A DNA stretch of 64,000 nt from Verrucomicrobiaceae bacterium (GTDB lineage Bacteria > Verrucomicrobiota > Verrucomicrobiia > Verrucomicrobiales > Akkermansiaceae). The notes below the pieces were generated by a model, which saw nothing but the letters and a program-made list of their open reading frames with translations, had not been told where the DNA came from and made no database searches. This document shows, piece by piece, positions 28,001 to 37,223 of the stretch (position 1 is its first letter; every line of letters starts with the position of its first letter). The stretch covers positions 32,001 through 96,000 of the forward strand of contig JBPOGH010000002.1 in NCBI GenBank assembly GCA_051252135.1, written 5' to 3'. Both the position numbers and the translations under genes were made by a program.

Positions 28001-28742
28001 CGGGGTCGACGGTCACCGGATAGGAGGCGAGGGCGAGCACGTCACCGGCGACGAAGATTTTCGTTCCTTCTGCGGTCGCCGTCATTTGGGCAGGGAGCTT
28101 CTTACCATCGGCATCAAACACGGTGACGCCTCCCAAGCTGACGACTCCGCCATTTTGAGAACGCCAGAGCCAACCTTGGGGGTGTTCTTCAAAGGTGCCG
28201 TCGCAACGGATTTCCCCCGAGACAACGAAGTCTGCACTCTGAGGTTCGTGAAGAATGAAGCGCTGCTCGACGCAATCGATCTTCGCGAGGTATTCCTCGG
28301 TAACTCCTTCACGGGAATAGTGGATGACGGGGGAGGGGGCTGCTTTGTGGTCGGGAATGACCGGGGCGGCCGAGGTGTTTTGCCAATTCCAAACGGGACC
28401 ACCGAGGCGGGGGGTGAAGGTGAGGCCATCGGGAGCGAACTCGACCAGGTGTCGGGGATGGGTCAGTTGCAGGCGGTGGTCCTGTTGGGAAATTTTGTTT
28501 ACGGCAATGGTGGTGGCCTGTTCGACACTGATCCCGGACTTGCTCCGTACCACCGGGGATTGGGCGGGGAGTGCCGGAGAGGGGGTGATGGTGCTTTGTT
28601 CCGCATGAGTGACCGGTGCGGGTGCGGGGGTGTGCTCCTGTCGGTCCAAGAGGAGGACGGCTGCGATGCCGGCCAGGATGATCAGGGACAAGCGGCAAAG
28701 ATATTTTCTGCCCGCGCGGGAATTGAATCGTTGTGAACTCAT
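25086..28742 (-). CDS. Large extracellular repeat protein (14 repeats, probably two 7-bladed beta-propellers) with Verrucomicrobia-type C-terminal domain
   Basis: N-terminal TM/signal; YPVTVDP linker; 14 copies of P-x2-AY..(F/Y)LVVW..EI(F/Y)GQ..DFRIS; ends YQLQSS.DL.NW..KKFWRV. Confidence 0.8.
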   Translation of the reverse strand: MSSQRFNSRAGRKYLCRLSLIILAGIAAVLLLDRQEHTPAPAPVTHAEQSTITPSPALPAQSPVVRSKSGISVEQATTIAVNKISQQDHRLQLTHPRHLVEFAPDGLTFTPRLGGPVWNWQNTSAAPVIPDHKAAPSPVIHYSREGVTEEYLAKIDCVEQRFILHEPQSADFVVSGEIRCDGTFEEHPQGWLWRSQNGGVVSLGGVTVFDADGKKLPAQMTATAEGTKIFVAGDVLALASYPVTVDPEIGTNDFRVSHSVDDFAKYFRAEEPAVVYNANRNEYFIVWSADGMVGERLLNEIEIFGQRIDATTGALVGDLQFAISDTFEDGDTNSVYPRQPAVAYNSAAGEYLVVWTTSSSEIRGQRLLAETGAKIGDAFMVNDDENEGTVNPALSYSPETNRYLIVWSGYQQSGGLIRNENEIFGHFLNGSGFRIGGTVRFSDMGPDGDGGYDALNPAIAYSDAGRFLVVWEGDDLSGGLVNGEQEIFGQLVDAVTMAEMGPNDFRISSVGTDGDTGADAGAPTAAYDPNQDRFLVVWEADTGVGSLANNENEIYGQLIADATGVEVGADDFRISFFGNDDGTSADSATDPKVIYQDDQKAFVVTWRASEDFGGGGREEEIVGQVIDGASGSALGSNTRMTDLGPDGDDTFGPEAPLALASGPGARIFLAWSGNDDQFGLFPEEEEIFVQLASVDGGLLEVGSNDARISNAGSDGDNISDAFVPALAYNSTDDCFLVVWENPGAGGAFALERIFGNRIDGTTGARLHEDDFIIDQSSGGGSAIGENQDPAAAYNETDNEFLVVWAGFSRSDNGFSGSETEIFVRRMNGGTGEFLTDETRISDVGTRGNNQIDGANPDVAYNHLTNQYLVVWESDSDTGSLVNNEFEIYGQHLNGPDAAEVGLDDFRLSATSTDGNADRDALNPSVAFNGVDFLAVWQADGGALDDKYEIYGRRVSGQTGQPLSIIKISTTLPNNDSGRTAQNPAVCASLDADAENGFLVVWQADAASLGDIQIHGRFYFEGIPESSDIFTISDAPDATAVNPSCAYDPVRGDYIVVWESIPLGAGDGSEIRGQLLSPVVANPIGTSNFFLSDMGPDNDPNFNAHTPMVGVNSSNGRLLAVWSGDDDQQGRIEEEFEIFGQFYEGAKAEILDLLISGNNVVIRFRGEANITYQLQSSLDLENWQTQGAQVVATGGNDGLIDVGGATGTKKFWRVISVAE

Positions 28743-28970
28743 GACTAACTGCACTAAAAACCACAAATAAGGGCTGCCGAAGGGTTAGGGAAGCCTTGAC
28801 TCATTTCACAGCAGAAAGGAGACCAACACGATCTTTCCCGGTATCTGACCTACAAATTGGGTGGAACAGGGGGTGGCCGGGGAATGAGCGTTGCACAGTT
28901 TTCTTGAGGCGGACATTTCCCTGTTTAGCGTATGATAATGATTGCCCCTTTGAGCCCTTTGAAGATTTCC

Positions 28971-29936
28971 ATGTTCACCCGAAGCGTGTTGGTGGTGCTT
29001 TCGGGGTTTCTATTTTCTCTGGCGGGAGCCGATGAGTTGACGGGTGATTGGACGCTTAAGATGGAATCGGGGAATCCGGGTTGGTTGAGTATCGCGAGAG
29101 AGGAGGGGAAAGCGGTGGTGAGGATGCGGGTGCATGTGGGATCGGATGGTCCCCACACCGGGGTGACGGAAGAGGACGGGCGGCTTTCGTTTACGATGCG
29201 CCAGAACAAGAAGGCGAAGGGGAGCAAGACCGTCGAGGTGGGGCTGAAGGACGGGAAGCTGGAGGGGGTGTTGATTGTGACCTCGAAGGATGGGGTGGTG
29301 AAGCGTGATCCTTTTGTGGGGAAGAAGATGCCGCCGATGCCGGCTGCGCCACCTGATTTGGAGAAGGTGAAGTTCGGGGTGCCGGTTTCGATTTTCAACG
29401 GGAAGGATTTGACGGGGTGGCGACCGCACGAGGCGGACAAGATCAATGGTTGGGGGGTGAAGGACGGGTTGTTGGTGAATACGACTCCGAAGACGGATTT
29501 CAGTGCGACGGGGGCGTATGCGAATCTGCGGACGGAAGCGGTTTATGAGGACTTCCGGCTGCACATCGAGTTCCTGATTGAAGAGGGGCGGAACAGCGGG
29601 GTTTATTTACGGGGGATGTATGAGGCGCAGGTGGTGGACCGGGATAGCCGGATGCAGGGGGTGCAGGGAGTGGGCTCCATTTTTGGGAGGATTGCGCCGT
29701 CCAAGAACGCCGGGAAAAAGGGAGGGGAGTGGCAGAGTTATGATCTGACTTTGGTGGATCGGCACGTCACGGTGGTTCTCAACGGGGAGAAGGTGATTGA
29801 TAACCAGCCGGTGCACGGGCCGACGGGAGGGGCGGTGTTTACGGATCCGACCCAGCCGGGGCCGATCCATTTGCAGGGCGATCACACGAGTGTGGCTTAC
29901 CGGAACATTACTCTCGCCCCGGTGATCAAGGACTAG
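28971..29936 (+). CDS. DUF1080 / 3-keto-disaccharide hydrolase domain protein
   Basis: Signal peptide; IFNGKDLTGW, NSGVYLRG.YE.QV.D, GEWQ, GPI.LQGDH. Confidence 0.9.
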   Translation: MFTRSVLVVLSGFLFSLAGADELTGDWTLKMESGNPGWLSIAREEGKAVVRMRVHVGSDGPHTGVTEEDGRLSFTMRQNKKAKGSKTVEVGLKDGKLEGVLIVTSKDGVVKRDPFVGKKMPPMPAAPPDLEKVKFGVPVSIFNGKDLTGWRPHEADKINGWGVKDGLLVNTTPKTDFSATGAYANLRTEAVYEDFRLHIEFLIEEGRNSGVYLRGMYEAQVVDRDSRMQGVQGVGSIFGRIAPSKNAGKKGGEWQSYDLTLVDRHVTVVLNGEKVIDNQPVHGPTGGAVFTDPTQPGPIHLQGDHTSVAYRNITLAPVIKD

Positions 29937-29970
29937 GTGGGATCGAGGTAGGGGGGAGGATTGGTAGTAG

Positions 29971-30147
29971 GTGGGCCTCAAGAAGCCCGGTGAGGACAGC
30001 CGGAAGGACTTCCAAAAGAACTTTCCCGGCGCGAGCGAGGAGCAGAAGAAGGGAGTCTGCGATGAGGTGGCCAAGGGGAATTATTTTTCCAAGGTCTTCA
30101 CCGGTATCACCTCCGCCACTCCGGAGATTGCCCTCCCGCTTGGCTGA
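29971..30147 (+). pseudogene. Internal fragment of a gluconate 2-dehydrogenase subunit 3 paralog
   Basis: Hand translation GLKKPGEDSRKDFQKNFPGASEEQKKGVCDEVAKGNYFSKVFTGITS aligns without gaps to GLKKLDEECRKHFQKDFADLGAAQKTAVCDEMAKGDYFFHLFTLIAS (11575-11715), 26/47 identical. Confidence 0.8.
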
Positions 30148-30203
30148 CCAGAGTTGACAACTGAATCCTGGCCCCCAGCTTGCAGACGGCGTTATGCCGA
30201 CAA

Positions 30204-30653
30204 ATGGCTGATATCAACGAGCGGGGGAATCCTGCCTACCCTTGGCACAACCAAGACGACAACCCCTGCACGAGTTGCGGCGCCTGCTGTGCCACCTACC
30301 GGGTGTCATTCTACGGTGGCGAATGTGATGACTCACCATGGGGCACAGTGCCGGTCGGCCTGACTGATTCCCTCACCCATTCCCGGCAGGTGATGAAGGG
30401 GACCAATCAAAAAAATCCCCGCTGCGTGGCGCTCACCGGAGAGATTGGGCAATGCGTTGGTTGTGAGATTCATGCGGTGCGATCTTCGGTCTGCCGTGAT
30501 TTCCCTCCTTCCTGGGAAGCGGGCATTCACAATCCCGACTGTGATCAAGCCCGTCTCGCCCACGGACTAGAGCCTTTGGAAAACCCAAAGATCCTCCCGC
30601 TCGCCCCGGACGACCAACCCACTACGCCACGCCCTCCCAAACGAGTCGCGTGA
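30204..30653 (+). CDS. YkgJ-family cysteine cluster protein (CxxCxxCC)
   Basis: CTSCGACC..RVSFY, RCVAL.G, C.IH..RSSVCR.F, C..AR. Confidence 0.9.
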   Translation: MADINERGNPAYPWHNQDDNPCTSCGACCATYRVSFYGGECDDSPWGTVPVGLTDSLTHSRQVMKGTNQKNPRCVALTGEIGQCVGCEIHAVRSSVCRDFPPSWEAGIHNPDCDQARLAHGLEPLENPKILPLAPDDQPTTPRPPKRVA

Positions 30654-30721
30654 ATTTCAGACCTCCGAAGGTGGCGGAGTTTTTGGATACGTTTGTGTCG
30701 GGTTGGCCGGGGAGTCTCTTT

Positions 30722-32146
30722 TTATTTGGAGGGGGTGAAGATGATTCTTCGGTAGGCGGACAGGTTGTGGGTGCCGTTGTCGGTGATCTCGCAGATGAGA
30801 TGGAAGCTCTTGCCGGCGGAGTCGGAGGGGACTTTGAGGGTGACGCGGCTTGAGTTGCTTTGCTCGAGGTCGATCTTGCCCTGGTAGGTGCCGGCCTCGG
30901 AGAGGACCCACCATTTGAAGGTGAGTTCGTCGCCGTCGGGGTCGTGTGATTTTGAGGCGTCGAGGGTGAGGGTGGATCCTTGTTGGGGGGATTTTGTGAG
31001 GATGTTGAGTCCGGCGTCGTCATCGATGACGGCGACGGGGTTCTTGTTTCCCTTGCCGTCCTTTGCCCAGTCCATGCGGGCGGCGAAATTCCGGAAGGTG
31101 GCGGGGTAGAAGTAGCTTTGATACTTTGAGGAGGTGCCGGCGGCGGAACCACGGTGGTTTTGATAGGCTTTGGTGGTGCCGTCCTTGCAGGTGGCGAACT
31201 CGAAGTAACCGCCCCAGCCAACGTGGTTGGGGGATTCGGGGTCGTTGAGTCCGTTGGGGATGAGGTGGAGGAAGGCGGGGGTGTCTCCTTCGACGCCGTA
31301 TTTGTATTTCGGGTAGCGTTTTCCGAGGTTTCCGTGGCCTTGAATGTGGGTGGCGTAGTGGGTCCAGTTTTTTCGGCCGGTTCCGTTTTGGTGTTTCCAG
31401 GCGCTCTCGTCCCAGATGAAGAAGAGGTCCTTTTCGAACTGTTGGCGCATCCAGGAGTGTGAGCTTTCCTGCCAGTCGATGACATTGCCGGACTTCTGTT
31501 TCCCGTCCTGATCGGTGATGGTGTAGACGCGGAGTTTGTTGAGGAAGGCTTGGAGTTCCTCCTTGCTGCGGGTTTCCTGTACCTGCCAGATGGCCTGGGC
31601 GAGGGTGTTGCCGCCCCCCCAGACCGAGATCCAGAGCGGGCGGTCATCTTTTTCATCGGCGAGCTTGATGATGAAGTCGCTGCCGGGGGAGCGGTTGTCC
31701 TTTCCGATGAACTTTTGGCCGCGATGTTTGCTGCCCATCATGCTTCGTTCCCTCAGGTAGTCCGGGCCCGGCCAGTAGCCGATCTGCTGGGTGCCGGAAT
31801 CGTGGAGATGGTCTTTTTGGCCCGAGCGTTTCAGGAGATTGGGGAGGTCCTTTTGGTAGAGGTCGATGGCTTCGTGAATCAATTGGTAGTAGTCCTCCCG
31901 GGCGGTGCTGGCGCTCCAGCCGGTGGAGTGGATGAGCCCTTCGATTTCGAAGAGGTCGGCATGGACGAGGAGACGGATGATGGATTCCATGTCGTCCGGT
32001 TCGACCTTGTCGGGGGAGATATCGGTCAGGACGACGAGGCGTGGTTTGTCGGCTGCGGGGGCGATCCCCGTGAGAGAAAGGATTAAGGCGAGGCCGGGAA
32101 TGAGGGTTCCGAATTTGAGAGGGGAGAGTGAGCGTTTTTTGTTCAT
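30722..32146 (-). CDS. DUF1593 nucleoside hydrolase-like secreted protein with C-terminal Ig-like domain
   Basis: LTDI...EPDD.ES, WGGGNTLAQA, DQD, EGDTPAF, FAARMDW, LDASKS.DPDGD. Confidence 0.88.
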   Translation of the reverse strand: MNKKRSLSPLKFGTLIPGLALILSLTGIAPAADKPRLVVLTDISPDKVEPDDMESIIRLLVHADLFEIEGLIHSTGWSASTAREDYYQLIHEAIDLYQKDLPNLLKRSGQKDHLHDSGTQQIGYWPGPDYLRERSMMGSKHRGQKFIGKDNRSPGSDFIIKLADEKDDRPLWISVWGGGNTLAQAIWQVQETRSKEELQAFLNKLRVYTITDQDGKQKSGNVIDWQESSHSWMRQQFEKDLFFIWDESAWKHQNGTGRKNWTHYATHIQGHGNLGKRYPKYKYGVEGDTPAFLHLIPNGLNDPESPNHVGWGGYFEFATCKDGTTKAYQNHRGSAAGTSSKYQSYFYPATFRNFAARMDWAKDGKGNKNPVAVIDDDAGLNILTKSPQQGSTLTLDASKSHDPDGDELTFKWWVLSEAGTYQGKIDLEQSNSSRVTLKVPSDSAGKSFHLICEITDNGTHNLSAYRRIIFTPSK

Positions 32147-32270
32147 GCGAAATGTTGGGTTTGGGGAGATTGCGGGGAGGGAAGGTTATGTCCGTAGAGT
32201 TGGAACCCTATCGGGATGCCGGGCGAATATCATCTTGTTCTGGGGCTGAAAATTCCTGTATCCTAAGATT

Positions 32271-33131
32271 GTGCAGCGTTTTGATCACGACCGTTTTGAC
32301 TTTCAGCCCTACGGTTTCACCTGCGAGCTGTGGACGGCGGCGCCGATGCGGCGTCCGGATCGGCACAATGAGATTGAATTGAACCTGCTGAAGAGCGGGA
32401 CGCTGACGTATCTTTTTGGTGGCAAACGGGTCTCGACGCCATCAGGTGGGCTGTGTGCCTTTTGGGCGGCCGCGCCCCATCAGATCATCGATTCCTCGGG
32501 TGATCCGGAGTACTATGTTGTGACCCTGCCGCTGGCGTGGTTTTTGCAATGTCGCCTGCCCAAGAAGTTCGTTGACCGACTCTTGCACGGCGAATTTCTG
32601 AGCGAGTCAACGGTGGACCGGCTCTCTTTGGATCTGCAACTTTTTCAAACATGGATCGGCGATCTTGCGGGGATTGAGGGTCAACCGAAGTCCGCGATTC
32701 AGCTTGAGATTCAGGCCCGCCTGGAGCGGTTTGCCGATTCAATTCCCGAGGGAGATCCGGATGAGATTTTTCCCGGATCGGCGGTGTTTCCGGGCGGGGG
32801 CGGGCTTGGGAAGGCAGAGCGATTGGCGGCCTACATTGCGCAACATTATCAGGAGACGATCCCGATTGAGAAAATTGCAGGAGAGGTGGATCTCCATCCC
32901 AATTACGCGATGGGCCTTTTCAAGAAAACGTTCAACCTCACGATCAACGAGTATCTTACCCAGCTGCGGCTTTCCCATGCCCAGCGGCTCCTTGCGACGA
33001 CGGATGACAAGGTCATCGATATCGCGTTGGATGCGGGGTATCAGACCTTGAGTCGATTTTATGTGGCCTTTGACAAGTCCTGCGGTTGTTCGCCGGGGAA
33101 TTACCGACGGGAGCACCGGATGAGGCTTTGA
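32271..33131 (+). CDS. AraC-family transcriptional regulator (MelR-like)
   Basis: Cupin H.E.ELN, FWAA.PHQ; double HTH LHPNYAM.LFKK and IALDAGY.TLSRFY..F. Confidence 0.92.
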   Translation: MQRFDHDRFDFQPYGFTCELWTAAPMRRPDRHNEIELNLLKSGTLTYLFGGKRVSTPSGGLCAFWAAAPHQIIDSSGDPEYYVVTLPLAWFLQCRLPKKFVDRLLHGEFLSESTVDRLSLDLQLFQTWIGDLAGIEGQPKSAIQLEIQARLERFADSIPEGDPDEIFPGSAVFPGGGGLGKAERLAAYIAQHYQETIPIEKIAGEVDLHPNYAMGLFKKTFNLTINEYLTQLRLSHAQRLLATTDDKVIDIALDAGYQTLSRFYVAFDKSCGCSPGNYRREHRMRL

Positions 33132-33411
33132 TGGATCCCATGGGGTGGATTCGATTGGGGTTGGGGCAGGGAAGGGAGCTGAGCGGGAACCTTTTTTGCG
33201 GGGGATGAATGACGGGTGAACAGGAAGGGGGAGGAGTTTGATCCGGCGTTCTTTAAGGATCATGGTCTGGGGAGTTGCATCTGTACGTTTCCAGACATAA
33301 TTTGCGGCGTGGAGGACGGGCTTTCTGTGTGAAGCAAGGCAACGATGGGATCGTCACGATGAGGATCCTGCGACCGACTTTTTCACGGACCCCCCATTTT
33401 CAATCAACGCG

Positions 33412-35442
33412 ATGTTTTCCGATCAGTTCAAACGGCGGTGGCTTTCGGGCTTGCTCACGATCTTTATTGTTTCGAGCGGTTCTGCCCATGAGGTGATCTT
33501 GACGGGCTGGCATGATTTTTCCGCGGGCTACCAATTTTACCGGTATTCGGGATCGCCGAAGGGGTCTGATGCGGGGCTGACCGGGGTGACGGGGAATTTG
33601 TGGGGAGGGAATGGGGCGCGGGAAACCTGGGGGTCGACCGATGGAACCTACGGTCCGGAGGTGGAGGTGGGGGATGATGCGACGGATGGGGCGATGGCGC
33701 TGAGGACGGATCGGGATTTCCTCGATTTCACGGTGATCAATGGCACGGGAGGCAGTCTTCAGTTGAGCCGGGTGCTTTTTGATTTTGCGAGTGTGAACGG
33801 GAACTCGCCGAGAAATCTCAAGCTCTTTTACCTCAACGGGGGTCTCAGTATTCCTGATAGCACCTTGATTGAGTCGTGGACCGGAATCCACAACGGGCTG
33901 CCGATCATTTCCGATTATGAGGATGTCGAAGTGAGTCTGGAGGGTCTTGCCGACCGGGTGTTGGCTTCCGGGGAGACGGCGAAGTTTCGCTTTCAGGTGG
34001 ATACGGCGTCGAATCAATTCCAGGCCATGCTGATGGACAACATTGCGGTGATGGGATCCTCCGACGAGTTCCGTATTCTGACCTACAACATCCACGGTGG
34101 AGTGGGCCCTGATGATGAGGGGGACCTTGAGACCAATTTGAAGACCTTTCAGGAGACCATGATGACCGGAGAAGATGTGCTTTGCTTGCAAGAAGTGGGT
34201 GCGGGCGGGGCGAGCAATGTGACGGCGGACTGGGCAACGGTGCAGGCGGTGTTTGCAGATTATCCCTACACCTATCAGACGAAGAACACGACAACGGCTC
34301 CCATCTGGCCGTGGGAGACGCGCCTGCAAACCTCGATTGCGATCTTGTCGAAACATCCCTTCGAGAGCACGCACAGCTCACTGATTCAAACCGATCCGCA
34401 GGGGGACCGGTGGGAACGTCATGCCCAGCATGTGCAGATCAAGGTGGGTGAAGAAGTGGTCGACGTTTTCAACTTTCACAACACCTACAACTTTTTCGAG
34501 AACGATTACGAATCCGAGAAATCGGGGCTGAGCAAATTCAAAACCTACGTGTTGGGTCGGCTTGGGGTGGCTACGATGGGCGATGCGAAACGGTTGTTGA
34601 TGCTGGGGGATTTCAATGTGCTTCAGGGGAATGTGGACGCGATTTTGGGTGCGCCCTCCCGGCGGAGCAACGGGCTGGACCATGTCGCCAGCACCCCGGT
34701 CTTCAGCGGGACGGGAGTCTATGGAACGGCAGCGGCGGATTTGTCCGATCATAATGCGGTGTGGGTTTCCCTCGATCTTGAGGCGCCTGATCCAAACGGG
34801 ATGACCTGGGGATCCGTGCCGGTTGAGTCGGGTCAAAGCTCCATCACGATGACTGCGAGCACGGGGGCGGATCCGAACGGGGTGGAATACTATTTTTCCA
34901 ACATCGGTTTTCCCGATCAATCGCACGACAGCGGTTGGCAGGACAGCCCCGTCTTTATCGACACCGGACTCTCAACAGCCACGGAATACACCTACACCGT
35001 GGTGGCGAGGGACAAGTCGGCCAACGGCAATGAAACCCTCGTTTCCGCGGAGGCTTCCGCTTACACGGACGATGGTGACAGCCTCCCCAACGACTGGGAG
35101 TTGGCTTATTTTGCGAGCCTCAACGAAACCAGCGGCAGTGCAGGAGAAGACTGGGATGAGGATGGCAACAGTGATTATGATGAATGGATCGCGGGCACCG
35201 ATCCCAGCGATTCGACGTCGCGCTTTCGGGCGTGGATCGAAACGGATGCCGAGAACGGGACGACCTTTTTCAAGTGGACGTCTGTGCCGGGCCGGAGCTA
35301 TCGCGTGCTTTCCTCCGGCGGGATGAACAATGACTGGGTCGAGATCGCGTCCGGGATCGTGCCGGCCGGGAGCGAGGGGAGTTTTGAGATCGAGACCTCC
35401 GGGGGAAGTCGGAGATTTTTCCGAGTTGGGGTTTCCCGGTAG
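33412..35442 (+). CDS. Secreted endonuclease/exonuclease/phosphatase-domain protein with FN3-like, Ca-binding and C-terminal domains
   Basis: EEP motifs TYNI, LQEV, GDFN, LDHV, SDH; DTGL...TEYTY.V.ARD; DGD.LP.DWE and E.IAGTDP repeats; RRFFRV end. Confidence 0.85.
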   Translation: MFSDQFKRRWLSGLLTIFIVSSGSAHEVILTGWHDFSAGYQFYRYSGSPKGSDAGLTGVTGNLWGGNGARETWGSTDGTYGPEVEVGDDATDGAMALRTDRDFLDFTVINGTGGSLQLSRVLFDFASVNGNSPRNLKLFYLNGGLSIPDSTLIESWTGIHNGLPIISDYEDVEVSLEGLADRVLASGETAKFRFQVDTASNQFQAMLMDNIAVMGSSDEFRILTYNIHGGVGPDDEGDLETNLKTFQETMMTGEDVLCLQEVGAGGASNVTADWATVQAVFADYPYTYQTKNTTTAPIWPWETRLQTSIAILSKHPFESTHSSLIQTDPQGDRWERHAQHVQIKVGEEVVDVFNFHNTYNFFENDYESEKSGLSKFKTYVLGRLGVATMGDAKRLLMLGDFNVLQGNVDAILGAPSRRSNGLDHVASTPVFSGTGVYGTAAADLSDHNAVWVSLDLEAPDPNGMTWGSVPVESGQSSITMTASTGADPNGVEYYFSNIGFPDQSHDSGWQDSPVFIDTGLSTATEYTYTVVARDKSANGNETLVSAEASAYTDDGDSLPNDWELAYFASLNETSGSAGEDWDEDGNSDYDEWIAGTDPSDSTSRFRAWIETDAENGTTFFKWTSVPGRSYRVLSSGGMNNDWVEIASGIVPAGSEGSFEIETSGGSRRFFRVGVSR

Positions 35443-35480
35443 CGCAGGGATGATGCGGCGGGGGGGGATCCGGCATTGTG

Positions 35481-36281
35481 CTATCTCGTGTAAACGACTT
35501 TTCCGACGAGGGCGATCAGGGGGACGGGGCCGAGGTGGCGGCTGTCCCGGGAGTTGGCGCGGTTGTCTCCGAGGAGGTAGCAGTGGTGTTCGGGGATGGT
35601 GAATGGTGCGAGGTTGGCCTGATCCGGGGTGACGGAAGGGACTTCCTGAAGGGGTTCGCCATTGAGGAGGACGGTGCCGTTTTTGATTTCGAGGGTGTCT
35701 CCGGGGAGGCCGATGACCCGTTTGACCCAGGTTTGGCGACGGTTGGTGGGATTGAGGAATGCGACGAGATCGTTGCGGGAGGGTTCGTGGTCGCGGTAGC
35801 TGTCTTTGCGGACGAGGATTCGTGATCCGTCGTGGAGGGTGGGGCTCATGGAGCTTCCTGCCATTTTAAAGACGTGGAGGAAATTCTCGCGCACGGTGAA
35901 GGCGAGGCCGACGGCGAGGGACATCATGAGGAAGGTGAGGGCGAGGTAGACGGAGAGGCGGTTGTAGTCCTTGAGGCGGTAGTCCTCCCGGCTGGCGAGA
36001 GCCATGCGGCGGGCGTCCCAGGCGGAATAGATCATGGGGATGAGGGAGAGAACGGTGACCGTGATGAGGAGGGTCAGCGGTGGCGCGGACTTGGTGGCGA
36101 GGAAGACAATGGCGACGACGAGGATGGCGGCGAGGACGGAGAGATGGAGGAGGCCGCGCCGCATGGCTCCGCAGTAGACCTGGCCGAGGCCCGGTAAGAA
36201 GAGGGAGAGGTTGACGGCGGTGGAGGGCTTCCGTTTGCTGACGGGGCCGAGGTCGAGATCGGGGGATGGATTGGAGTTCAT
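35481..36281 (-). CDS. lepB: Signal peptidase I with extra N-terminal TM domain
   Basis: SSMSPTL (catalytic Ser), VKRVIGLPGD (Lys), GDNRANSRDSR; N-terminal LSLFLPGLGQVY hairpin. Confidence 0.88.
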   Translation of the reverse strand: MNSNPSPDLDLGPVSKRKPSTAVNLSLFLPGLGQVYCGAMRRGLLHLSVLAAILVVAIVFLATKSAPPLTLLITVTVLSLIPMIYSAWDARRMALASREDYRLKDYNRLSVYLALTFLMMSLAVGLAFTVRENFLHVFKMAGSSMSPTLHDGSRILVRKDSYRDHEPSRNDLVAFLNPTNRRQTWVKRVIGLPGDTLEIKNGTVLLNGEPLQEVPSVTPDQANLAPFTIPEHHCYLLGDNRANSRDSRHLGPVPLIALVGKVVYTR

Positions 36282-36286
36282 GATTT

Positions 36287-36505
36287 TTAGAATGCGAGGT
36301 GGAGGATGAGGCTGATCTTGCCGATTCCGGCGAGGAGACAAGCGGAGGCGAGAAGCGGGGAGGGAGGTTTGAGTTCGGGGGGCGCCTGGGGAAGGGGTTG
36401 GGCTTCGGACCGGATCGCGGCCATGACACCCCGGGAGAGATGTGCCGGGGGGGATTGTTTGCGCGCAGCGATCCAGGATTCGAGTTCTTGTTCGGAGGTG
36501 GGCAT
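36287..36505 (-). CDS. Small membrane protein, putative anti-sigma factor
   Basis: 72 aa, 3 bp downstream of the ECF sigma gene; PPAHLSRGVMAAI motif then a C-terminal hydrophobic helix. Confidence 0.6.
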   Translation of the reverse strand: MPTSEQELESWIAARKQSPPAHLSRGVMAAIRSEAQPLPQAPPELKPPSPLLASACLLAGIGKISLILHLAF

Positions 36506-36508
36506 GGT

Positions 36509-37036
36509 TCAGGTGCGGTTGAGGGTTGCTTTGAGAGATTCGCGGGCGCGGCTGACGCGGGATTTGATGGTGCCGACGGTGGTGGATTCGATTTGGGCGG
36601 CTTCGGCGTAAGAGAGGTCTTCGAGGGCGATGAGGGTGAGGGCGCGTTTTTGTTTTTCGGGGAGTTGGTGGAGGGCGAGATCGAGGGCCTCGAGGTCGTC
36701 CCGTTGTCCGGGGGCCGGTTCCCGGGTTTCTCTTTCCGGGAGTTGGGCCAGAAGGGTGGGACGCTTTTTCCGGAGGAGATTGATGGTGCGGCTGCGGGCG
36801 ATCATGAAGAGCCAGGTGGAGAAGCGGCTGCGTGCGGGATCGAAGTCTTTCAGGCGCCGGAAGGCCTCGACGAAGACGGTTTGGGCGAGGTCTTCGGCAA
36901 GGCGGCGTTCGTCATTTAGGAGCGTGGCAATCATGCGGAGGAGGCGGTCCTGGTAGTGAAGGACGAGGTGCTCAAAGGCCTCGATCTCGCCATCGACGAC
37001 GTGTCGGATTACCTGGAGTTCCTCGTTTTCAGTCAT
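36509..37036 (-). CDS. ECF (sigma-70 group 4) RNA polymerase sigma factor
   Basis: AEDLAQTVF, FSTWLFMIAR, LSYAEAA, GTIKSRVSRAR. Confidence 0.93.
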   Translation of the reverse strand: MTENEELQVIRHVVDGEIEAFEHLVLHYQDRLLRMIATLLNDERRLAEDLAQTVFVEAFRRLKDFDPARSRFSTWLFMIARSRTINLLRKKRPTLLAQLPERETREPAPGQRDDLEALDLALHQLPEKQKRALTLIALEDLSYAEAAQIESTTVGTIKSRVSRARESLKATLNRT

Positions 37037-37051
37037 TCAGTGTTCCCTCAT

Positions 37052-37078
37052 GATACCGGCACCGGGGACAATGGTTCC
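37052..37078 (-). promoter_or_regulatory. Candidate ECF autoregulatory promoter GGAACC-N16-GTATC
   Basis: On the minus strand, GGAACC (37078-37073) and GTATC (37056-37052), 15 bp upstream of the sigma ATG; fits the general ECF AAC...GT layout. Confidence 0.5.
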
Positions 37079-37223
37079 ATTTTATTTCCCGAGCGAACGT
37101 TTCGGCAGGGCGAGGAAATCGGCGACGAGGGTCGGGGCGGTCGGAGGACGGAGGAGGAAAACTGGATGGTCGACAAAGGGCGGGAAGGGCCCCAAGCTTG
37201 TGAAATTAACTCAAAAAAACAGA

